DNA of 48,916 bases from Acetobacterales bacterium (GTDB taxonomy: Bacteria; Pseudomonadota; Alphaproteobacteria; JBBDQX01). The translations under genes and the position numbers were made by a program. The stretch spans positions 1-48,916 of the forward strand of contig JBBDQX010000061.1 of assembly GCA_040905765.1 (NCBI GenBank), written 5' to 3'. The notes beneath the pieces are model-generated. The model had not been told where the DNA came from. It made no database searches and saw only the letters and a list, made by a program, of their open reading frames with translations. Positions 1-6,476 of this stretch are shown here, in pieces; position 1 is the stretch's first letter, and the number at the start of each line of letters is the position of its first letter.

Positions 1-365
1 ATCAGCTCGCGTGCATAGGCGTGCACGACCTCCGCCTGCTCGCGGTCGCGCGCGACGGCCATCACGATGGCGCGCTCGCCCGGTGCAAGGCGGCGTGACC
101 AGTCGCGCATCGTTGCGGCGTAGGCGCCAAGCGCGGCCATGACGATGCTCTTGCCCGACCGGCGGCCGACCTTCAGCACGAGGCGGCGCACCCGTCGCGA
201 CGGCGGCGCGCGTCCACCCGCGACCTCGGCGAAGACGGCGCGCTCGGCGTCGGTCATCGGCAGGGCGAACGTGGCGCGTAATACTGCCTTCCACGTGGCC
301 CACGACGGCTCGGCGAAGACACGGCCGAGCAGCTCCGGGTGCTCCATGAACGCGACGGCGTCCAT
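1..365 (-). CDS. Phage terminase large subunit, N-terminal part (partial, continues past the left edge)
   Basis: Own minus-strand translation from ATG 363-365: [83 protein letters not shown]... It has a Walker-A-like GRRSGKS and an ATGA overlap with the upstream small ORF. Absent from the ORF track because it has no stop in the window. Confidence 0.6.
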   Translation of the reverse strand, partial: MDAVAFMEHPELLGRVFAEPSWATWKAVLRATFALPMTDAERAVFAEVAGGRAPPSRRVRRLVLKVGRRSGKSIVMAALGAYAATMRDWSRRLAPGERAIVMAVARDREQAEVVHAYAREL

Positions 366-772
366 CAGCCGCCTCCGCCGTGGCGCTCGAGGATCTCGGC
401 CAGCGACGGGCCGGCAGGCGCGTCCTCGCTGCCGCTTCGGGGCAGGCCGAGCATCGCTATCGCGTGCATCAGGCCGTAGGTCGCCGCGCGGTGCTCGGCC
501 GGGTCGACCGGCAGGCCGGCGGTGATGCGGCCCTCCATCGCCTCGCAGATGATCGTCAGGCCTGCGACCCTGTGAATCATGATGCGCTGGCGCACCGTCG
601 GCTCGCGGCCGAGCTCGGCCAGCAGCTCCTCTGTCAGGTCGCGGTAGCGACGCGCTCCCCGGCTCCGGCCGTCGCCTATGGGCAGCCGGCCGTTCGTGAC
701 GCGGCTGCGGCCGAAGATTGACCGCGGGGGTACTTCGTCGCCATCCGGGGGCGTTCCTTTGGCTTGAGACAT
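365..772 (-). CDS. Hypothetical protein, candidate terminase small subunit (by position only)
   Basis: 135-aa ORF directly upstream of terL and translationally coupled to it (stop overlaps the terL ATG). No motif recognised. The product call rests on position only. Confidence 0.4.
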   Translation of the reverse strand: MSQAKGTPPDGDEVPPRSIFGRSRVTNGRLPIGDGRSRGARRYRDLTEELLAELGREPTVRQRIMIHRVAGLTIICEAMEGRITAGLPVDPAEHRAATYGLMHAIAMLGLPRSGSEDAPAGPSLAEILERHGGGG

Positions 773-1084
773 GGTTCCTATATTAACCCAAGGATAACCA
801 GCCGTACACCATGCATCCGAAAGCCGCAGAACGATTGTGGTTTTTGGCCGTAGAGCCGTTAATCAGATATTAACGGAGCGCTCTGATTGGGGGCCGAGCA
901 GAGGGTCAGATCTCGCGTCGACTTCCCGGTCCGAGGGGATCAGGCCTCCTCCACGCGCTCGCTACGGGCCCAAACATGCTCACTCGTGCGCTCTAGGCCC
1001 TTCGAGGCGCCTAACCCTGCGCGCAGCGGGGTCAGGGTGCGTGCCGCGCTGACAGGCGGACATGGGCAGCGCGTGTCCCGCTCG

Positions 1085-1272
1085 CCCCCTATATACGGAG
1101 AAATCGAATCTCAATTGAACTGGTGTAACCGCGCGGGTAAGCAGAGGGTTATACCTGAAACATACGTAGAATATACGCTCTAACCTCTCTACCCTGGTTA
1201 ACCTGATATTTTTCATCTCTCTCAATTGAGGTTCGATTTCTCTGTATATAGGGGGGAACAGGATATAGGGGG
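1085..1272. repeat. Imperfect 34-bp inverted repeat (1085-1118 / 1222-1255, 2 mismatches) flanking an AT-richer ~100-bp core, plus a third direct ATATAGGGGG copy (1263-1272). Candidate replication origin or packaging site
   Basis: Left arm is CCCCCTATATACGGAGAAATCGAATCTCAATTGA. The reverse complement of the right arm is CCCCCTATATACAGAGAAATCGAACCTCAATTGA. The core holds an inner hairpin GGTGTAACC...GGTTATACC (1122-1153). The block lies between the primase stop and the terS-like start. Confidence 0.6.
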
Positions 1273-1278
1273 AGCAGG

Positions 1279-2775
1279 TCAGAAATCGGCGCGCTCGCCG
1301 AAGCGCGGCGGGTCGAACTCCTCCTTCTGAGCGGCGGCCTCTACCTTGTCGAGGGGCACGGTCCACAGCTTCGTGTTCGCGCCCTTCAGGTGCACCTGCA
1401 CCTGCGATTGTGCGCCACGTGCTTTCAGCGCGTTCCACACCTCGCTGGGCTTAACACGCACGCGCTGCTGCTCTAGGTGCTTCTTGAAGTCCTGCAGGCG
1501 GAAGAACACGAGGCCCTTGTCGTAGTCCTTGTACGACTTACCCATCAGCACCTCGTCCAACACCCTCCCCTGCCAGTTGGCGTTCGCGAAGTTGAGAAAC
1601 TGTACCCAGATGATCCCGGACGTCGTCGCGTCCTCTGGCATCGCCTCGACCTCGGCCTCGGCGAGCAGCGGTTCCATGATCTGCTTGAGCTGCTTCTTGG
1701 TGAGCGGCTCCGGCCAGTGTCGCGTCTGCTCGACGATCCGGTTCTGGAGCCGGGTCGGACTCGTCAGGTCCTCGACGGCGTCCAGCCTCACGGGATCTCC
1801 GCGGAAATGCAGGACGAAGGAAATAGGCTCCGTCAGGTGCTTGACCAGCGGGCCGTACTCGTTGCTCCGAACGGTCGGCTCCGCACGGCGCTTCAGCACG
1901 CTCCGGACGACGCCCTCGACCTCTCGGCTCGGCAGCGGCCCGTCGTCGAACTCCTCGTTCAACCGGTGCGCCTCGGCGCGGAGGCGCGCCTCGGAATACT
2001 CCTCCGGCAGACTGATCAACTGCACGAAGAGCGAGTTATTGCGGCCGCCCTCCTCGTACGGCGAGTCGTGAACCGGCGTGGCGCCCAGACGCCGGACCGC
2101 AGCGGCCGGTTCCGGCGCGGCCAGCTCGTTCAGGCGCTCGATTCGGACCTCGAAGGGTTCGGCCTTCCGGTGCAAGAAGCCGGGGAGGCGCATCACACGA
2201 GGCAGATCCTTCACCTTGTGGTCGCCGTCGAAGCGTGCGGCCAACCCACTCTGCACGTCGCGGAAGGCGCCTAGAGGCAGCTCGGCCACGCGCCAGTAGC
2301 AGTGCCAGCGGCCCGGCGACGACTCGACCACGCAGTGAGGCGGCAGCTCGCACGCCAGCACCGGCTCCAGCGGCGCGCCGTCGAGGTCGACGAACACGGC
2401 ACGCACGGCGTCGATGTTCTCGGCACGCCGGCCGCGCAGGTCTGTCCTGTTGATCGTGATGAAAATCCCGGCGCCCTTCTCGCTCAGCTGCGCCAGCTCG
2501 GCTTCGTGCTGCTTGAGCGTCCCGTTCAGCACCTTCACCAGCGCGTCGGCCTTCCGCTCGCGATCTTCGTCGAAGGTCTGGAACGTGAAGGCCTCCGCCT
2601 CCGGGTCCAGCCAGCGCAGGAATCGCTCGGCGTCGGCGTGTACGGCGCCGCGCTCAGTGGGTATAATTTCCGGCGAAGAACGGCTTTCCTCAGCGTTCTC
2701 GACCCTTCGGCCGCCGCGGTCCCCAGCCGCGGCGGTCTCTTTTTCGTCAGCCATCTCCAGCGTCTCCGCCTTCAA
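1279..2775 (-). CDS. RepB-family DNA primase / primase-polymerase with C-terminal extension
   Basis: 498-aa ORF. The segment FTFQTFDE...GAGIFITINRTDLRGRRAENIDAVRAVFVDLDG...VESSPGRWHCYW...RLPGF matches the RepB-type (RSF1010-like) primase catalytic core as I recall it. The start may instead be the second ATG at 2752-2754. Confidence 0.7.
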   Translation of the reverse strand: MKAETLEMADEKETAAAGDRGGRRVENAEESRSSPEIIPTERGAVHADAERFLRWLDPEAEAFTFQTFDEDRERKADALVKVLNGTLKQHEAELAQLSEKGAGIFITINRTDLRGRRAENIDAVRAVFVDLDGAPLEPVLACELPPHCVVESSPGRWHCYWRVAELPLGAFRDVQSGLAARFDGDHKVKDLPRVMRLPGFLHRKAEPFEVRIERLNELAAPEPAAAVRRLGATPVHDSPYEEGGRNNSLFVQLISLPEEYSEARLRAEAHRLNEEFDDGPLPSREVEGVVRSVLKRRAEPTVRSNEYGPLVKHLTEPISFVLHFRGDPVRLDAVEDLTSPTRLQNRIVEQTRHWPEPLTKKQLKQIMEPLLAEAEVEAMPEDATTSGIIWVQFLNFANANWQGRVLDEVLMGKSYKDYDKGLVFFRLQDFKKHLEQQRVRVKPSEVWNALKARGAQSQVQVHLKGANTKLWTVPLDKVEAAAQKEEFDPPRFGERADF

Positions 2776-3256
2776 GGATCAGGCATCCGCGACCGGCGGC
2801 CGCGAGGGAGTCGTTGCGTGTGTACAGCACCGCCAGCGTGCCGCCGGGGAGGTACCAAGACACTGGTACTACCTCCGCGCTCAGCCCGTGCTCCGCCGCG
2901 AAGGCGACGTGCTCCATGAAGTCTGTCTGATAACTGTGGGACAGGATCGCCACGGGGCGGTAAGGGCGCGCCAGCTCGCGGAAGCACTCCGGGTGATCGA
3001 TCTCCGGATAGTGCCGGGAGACGTCGCTCCGGTAGCTGGAGCCCTCGATCAGGTTCCGCAGTCCGAACGGCTTGCGCGTGTAGCGCCAGCCGCGCCGCTC
3101 GGCGAGCTCCGCGCAGGCGTGATCGCGGGCAGCGAAGTACGCGTCTTGTAGTCGCCGCTCGCGCAGCCTTGTCTCTCGCGTCTTCTGCTGGCTGTAGGCC
3201 CACCGCGCCCGATGCAGCTCGATGGACGCGACGACAGCGTCGTCCGCCGCGCTCAT
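2747..3256 (-). CDS. Hypothetical protein (169 aa from MSAADDAVV)
   Basis: ORF 2747..3328. The ATG at 3254-3256 forms an ATGA overlap with the alpA-like stop, which suggests coupling. No recognisable domain. Confidence 0.5.
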   Translation of the reverse strand: MSAADDAVVASIELHRARWAYSQQKTRETRLRERRLQDAYFAARDHACAELAERRGWRYTRKPFGLRNLIEGSSYRSDVSRHYPEIDHPECFRELARPYRPVAILSHSYQTDFMEHVAFAAEHGLSAEVVPVSWYLPGGTLAVLYTRNDSLAAAGRGCLILEGGDAGDG

Positions 3257-3483
3257 CGGTCTGGATCGCCCTTGAGGCGCACTTCGGGCAGCTCGTCCAG
3301 CCAGCGGAGAACGTCGTCGCGTCGCCACATCGCCTTCTGAGCGACGCGCACCGAGCGGGGGAACTTGCCCTCCCGCATCATGGTCCAGATCGTCGGGTAA
3401 CTTAAACTAACGAGGTGACAAACGGTCTTCTTGTCGAGAAGGGCGCGATCCGCCAGCTCCTCGGCGAGGTCAGGAACGATCAT
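3253..3483 (-). CDS. AlpA-family phage transcriptional regulator / excisionase (HTH)
   Basis: 76 aa. LLDKKTVCHLVSLSYPTIWTMMREGKFPRSVRVAQKAMWRRDDVLRWLDE fits the AlpA/Xis MerR-like HTH pattern. Typical position next to an integrase. Confidence 0.75.
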   Translation of the reverse strand: MIVPDLAEELADRALLDKKTVCHLVSLSYPTIWTMMREGKFPRSVRVAQKAMWRRDDVLRWLDELPEVRLKGDPDR

Positions 3484-3664
3484 CGCTATCTTCCTCCGGC
3501 CGACGCCGGCGGAAGACGACCGCCGACGGTCAGCCTGTTAGGGCCAGTCCGTCTCGCACGATGTCGTTCTCCTCGTTATTCGGTGGCACGGGCCGCGAGT
3601 TGGCCCGTACCGTTGATACTACCTAATTACACCCGGTATTAAAACCTTTATTCGGGGGTCGAAG

Positions 3665-3699
3665 AAAAAAGCGCCCCCGCTGCTTTGCAACGAGGGCGC
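3665..3699 (-). terminator. Rho-independent terminator after the 89-aa ORF
   Basis: Minus strand reads GCGCCCTCGTTGC-AAA-GCAGCGGGGGCGC followed by TTTTTT. Confidence 0.7.
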
Positions 3700-3715
3700 C
3701 GGTTCTTCGCCTTGC

Positions 3716-3985
3716 CTACTCGCCCGCCTTCTCGACGGCGGCCGGGATTTCGAGGTCCTCGACTGCCTCGATGTAGTCCTCGAGTTCGTCCTCGAACGTG
3801 TCCTCCACGATCACCATCGCAACGGCGAAGAGGAAGCCGAAGAGGATGTAGCGGTTGGGGTGGGCCTGATCTCGGTCCAGCACCAACTTGAACAGGTCGA
3901 GTGCGACGTCGTCGGCCGACGCCTGCGTACCGTCGGAGCGGTAATCGGCGATGGACACTGCGAGGTGGAAAAGATTGGTAGGCAT
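3716..3985 (-). CDS. Hypothetical acidic protein (89 aa)
   Basis: ORF 3716..4024. The internal ATG at 3983-3985 has a strong SD (AAGGAG, 8 nt upstream). C-terminus is Asp/Glu-rich. It has its own terminator. Confidence 0.55.
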   Translation of the reverse strand: MPTNLFHLAVSIADYRSDGTQASADDVALDLFKLVLDRDQAHPNRYILFGFLFAVAMVIVEDTFEDELEDYIEAVEDLEIPAAVEKAGE

Positions 3986-4152
3986 CGTGAGTGCTCCTTG
4001 ATTTGAGCACTCGGCTGCAGACAACGGGAGCCAGCAGCCGAGCGCAGTTGCGCTTCGGTCTCCGCATGCTGGTTATCCTCGTTATGAACTCGGGCGGGGT
4101 CGGCGCCGCGGGTTGCGCCGCACGCCTTCACGTGGGAAGGCGCCCGAGTAGG

Positions 4153-5382
4153 TCAAGAGCGGATCGCAACAATTTTTTCATCGTCGGCCTTGCCGTTCAC
4201 CAGCGCCTCCACGCGTGCGGCGATGCTGCTCCAGACGGCACGGTTCTCGTCCCGGTACCGGTGGCGGTCGTAGACGCCGGCGATCCCGCCGTCGCGGTGG
4301 TTGAGGAGCCGGTCGATGGCGTCGCGGCCGACGCCGAGGCTGGCGGCCAGCGTGGCGAAGGTCCTGCGAAGATCGTGCGGCCTGACGGGCGGCTCGAACG
4401 ACAGGCTGCGCATGGCGGTGTCCAGCTTCGCAGCCGGCCCGCCGCGCGCGCCGGGGAGGACCCAGCCGTCGCCGCCGTCCTCGACGATCGCCAGCGCCGT
4501 GTCGGACAGCCAGACCTCGTGCGACTGCCCGTTCTTGGTGCCGGGCCAGCCGGTCACAGGGTCCGGCTCCCCGGGCAGCGTCCACCACCGGCCGTCGATG
4601 TGCTCGCGGCGCATGTGCCTGATCTCGCCGGGCCGCTGCCCGGTCAGCAGCACCAGCCGCAGCGCGTCGGCGGCGACCGGGTCCACGTCGTCGAGGCCTT
4701 CCCAGAAGGTCGGCATCTCGGCGGCGGACAGGACGCGCTCGCGGGACTTGCTGCCGAACCGCTCGACGCCGCTGCACGGGTTGGCTGGTAGGACGACGAC
4801 CTCGTTCTTGATCGCCCAGCCGAAGAGTCCCGACAGATGCGCCAGCAGCGCGTCCGCCGCCACCGGCGCCGTCGCGCCGACGGCTGCGTGGAGGCGGCGC
4901 ACCTCGGCGCGCGTGACCTCCGCCGCCGGCAGCGGACGCCACCGGCGCAGGGCGTGGCGTCGGATCGCCGTGTCGGCCTGCCGCCACGACCGGTTCTTCC
5001 GCTTGGCGTACTCCTCGACGTAGCGGTCCAGCAGCTCGCCGAAGGTGTCGGCCTTGCGCGCCGCCAGCTTCTCGGCCTGCGGGTCGTCGCCGGAGGCGAT
5101 CTTCACCCACAGCTCCTTCGCAAGCTGCCGCGCCTCCTTCAGGCCCAGCTTCGTCGCGTCGCCCAGGTGGTACAGCCGAGGCCTGCCGTGGTGGCGGTAC
5201 GGCACCTTGAAGCTGCGCTTGCCGCTCGGCTCGACGACCAGCGTCAGGCCGTAGGCATTACCGGCCGCGTCGTAGATCCGCCGCCGCCGGTCGGCGGCCG
5301 GCGCCCTCCTGACCAGCGCGTCGGTGAGCACGCGCCGCTCGGGCGCAGCGGCTGCGGAGCCGTCTTGTCGGGGTCGGGGCAT
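4153..5382 (-). CDS. Tyrosine site-specific integrase (phage integrase family)
   Basis: C-terminal catalytic region ...GQRPGEIRHMRREHI...HDLRRTFATLAASLGVGRDAIDRLLNHRDGGIAGVYDRHRY carries the R..H-x-x-R..Y pattern. The ATG at 5380-5382 has GGAGGG 8 nt upstream. The ORF-track start is a GTG at 5424. Confidence 0.9.
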   Translation of the reverse strand: MPRPRQDGSAAAAPERRVLTDALVRRAPAADRRRRIYDAAGNAYGLTLVVEPSGKRSFKVPYRHHGRPRLYHLGDATKLGLKEARQLAKELWVKIASGDDPQAEKLAARKADTFGELLDRYVEEYAKRKNRSWRQADTAIRRHALRRWRPLPAAEVTRAEVRRLHAAVGATAPVAADALLAHLSGLFGWAIKNEVVVLPANPCSGVERFGSKSRERVLSAAEMPTFWEGLDDVDPVAADALRLVLLTGQRPGEIRHMRREHIDGRWWTLPGEPDPVTGWPGTKNGQSHEVWLSDTALAIVEDGGDGWVLPGARGGPAAKLDTAMRSLSFEPPVRPHDLRRTFATLAASLGVGRDAIDRLLNHRDGGIAGVYDRHRYRDENRAVWSSIAARVEALVNGKADDEKIVAIRS

Positions 5383-5400
5383 GGTGGGTCCCTCCGCTCG

Positions 5401-5419
5401 GGTTAACGTCTGGTTAACG
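5401..5419. repeat. Two direct GGTTAACG boxes spaced 11 bp, just upstream of int
   Basis: GGTTAACGtctGGTTAACG. A related GGTTAACC sits in the ori-like block at 1196-1203. Confidence 0.4.
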
Positions 5420-5639
5420 CCCACACGCTAATACATCGGAATAGGAATTAACACCCCTTTATGGAAAAAGCGCCGTTTTCTGCGGCTTTCAGGCGTTACC
5501 CTAACAGGTCTTCATGCCCTTGAACGGGGGATAAAATTAATCGTCGGTTAAGGATTTTGCGGCAGAGTCCGTCACGGTCGTTCCCTGATCGAGGGGACTT
5601 TCCCGCCGCGGACGCCGGTTCGCGGTCGCCTCCCTCCAG

Positions 5640-5672
5640 AAAGCCGTCCGCCCCCGGGCGGGCGGCTTTCAT
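5640..5672. terminator. Strong GC hairpin flanked by an A-tract and a T-tract (possibly a bidirectional terminator), ~120 nt downstream of hsp20
   Basis: AAAGCCGTCCGCCC-CCGG-GGCGGGCGGCTTT, followed on the plus strand by TCATCTTT. Confidence 0.5.
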
Positions 5673-5790
5673 CTTTGCGGAAGCCGCAAGAGAAACGGGG
5701 CGGCGCAAGAGAAAGAGGCGGCGCCCGGGCCGGGGGCACCGGTCGCGGGGCCCCCCCCACTCAGATGCTTCCGATCTCCGGAAACGGCCG

Positions 5791-6249
5791 TCAGGCGGCC
5801 TTCTGCTCGATGGTCCGGGCCTTCTGGTCGGCCGCGATCTCGATCTTCCGGGGCTTCATCGCCTCGGGGATCTCGCGGACCAGGTCGATGTGCAGCAGCC
5901 CGTTCTCGAGCGATGCGCCTACCACGCGGATGTGGTCCGCAAGGTCGAACTTTCGCTCGAAGGCGCGGGTCGCGATGCCGCGATGGAGGAACTTCGAGTC
6001 CTCGGACTTGCCGTTCTCCTTGCGGCCGGAGACGACCAGCCGGTTGGCATTGGCCGTGACATCGAGCTCATCTTCGCCGAAACCCGCCACGGCCATGGTG
6101 AGCCGGTAGGCGTTCTCGGCGGTCTTCTCGATGTTGTATGGCGGATAGGACACATCGCTATCGAAGCCGGCCGCGGATTCCATCACGCGGGCCAACTGGT
6201 CGAAGCCGATGGTCGAACGGAACAGGGGAGTCAGATCAAGCGTGCGCAT
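5791..6249 (-). CDS. Small heat-shock protein, Hsp20/IbpA family (alpha-crystallin domain)
   Basis: 152 aa. PPYNIEKTAENAYRLTMAVAGFGEDELDV...LVVSGRK...FLHRGIATRAFERKFDLADHIRVVGASLENGLLHIDL is a typical IbpA-like sequence. Confidence 0.93.
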   Translation of the reverse strand: MRTLDLTPLFRSTIGFDQLARVMESAAGFDSDVSYPPYNIEKTAENAYRLTMAVAGFGEDELDVTANANRLVVSGRKENGKSEDSKFLHRGIATRAFERKFDLADHIRVVGASLENGLLHIDLVREIPEAMKPRKIEIAADQKARTIEQKAA

Positions 6250-6345
6250 GGCGCAACCTCCTTATGCCTAAGCAAGGTTCTGTCCAGTCCGCGCCCACAG
6301 GGCCGACGGACGGTTCACTCATGCCGGACCCGACTATCGGCATCC
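6250..6345 (-). promoter_or_regulatory. ROSE-like RNA thermometer in the hsp20 5' UTR
   Basis: Minus strand hairpin CCUUGCUU-AGGCAU-AAGGAGG (6257-6277). The UUGCU motif pairs with the SD and leaves a bulged G. The AUG is 7 nt downstream. Confidence 0.6.
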
Positions 6346-6352
6346 GGCGACA

Positions 6353-6385
6353 GATTATCTATGACGAGGCGGGGGCGATTTCAAG
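6353..6385 (-). promoter_or_regulatory. Candidate RpoH (sigma-32)-type promoter of hsp20
   Basis: Minus strand CTTGAAA-N15-CATAGAT. The -35 matches CTTGAAA exactly; the -10 is only a partial match. Confidence 0.4.
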
Positions 6386-6476
6386 AGGCTTGTCAAGTAT
6401 CATTCATCACATGAAGAATATCAATCATCATATTGAATTTTATATATAAATCCTTGTCTTCGCGCGCAACCTCGGC

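Larger units (their letters stand above)
1..5560. mobile_element. Integrase-proximal end of an integrated phage-like or satellite-like element (int, alpA, primase, ori-like repeats, terS-like, terL). Left end lies outside the window; right boundary is uncertain, between 5383 and ~5790
   Basis: Co-directional module of integrase, AlpA, RepB-type primase and terminase genes. AT-richer non-coding tracts at 773-1278 and 5400-5560. Core genes (hsp20 onward) follow. Confidence 0.65.

Noticed and set aside
139-721. Plus-strand ORFs 139..525 and 380..721
   Set aside because: They overlap the minus-strand terL and terS-like genes, whose translation gives a coherent terminase N-terminus with a Walker A motif. 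The plus-strand products are Arg-rich nonsense.
980-1438. 152-aa minus-strand ORF across the repeat block
   Set aside because: It runs through the 34-bp inverted repeats and the AT-rich core and overlaps the primase 3' end. The region is more plausibly non-coding ori or pac DNA.
5560-5637. Possible tRNA or two-piece tmRNA (GGTTCG..., ...CTCCA end, 6-bp stem with a 7-nt loop GTTCCC-TGATCGA-GGGGAC)
   Set aside because: No acceptor-stem partner was found. The putative T-arm does not pair. The 7-nt loop lacks U33. No ANDN-type tag reading frame follows. It is kept only as a possible att remnant in the findings.
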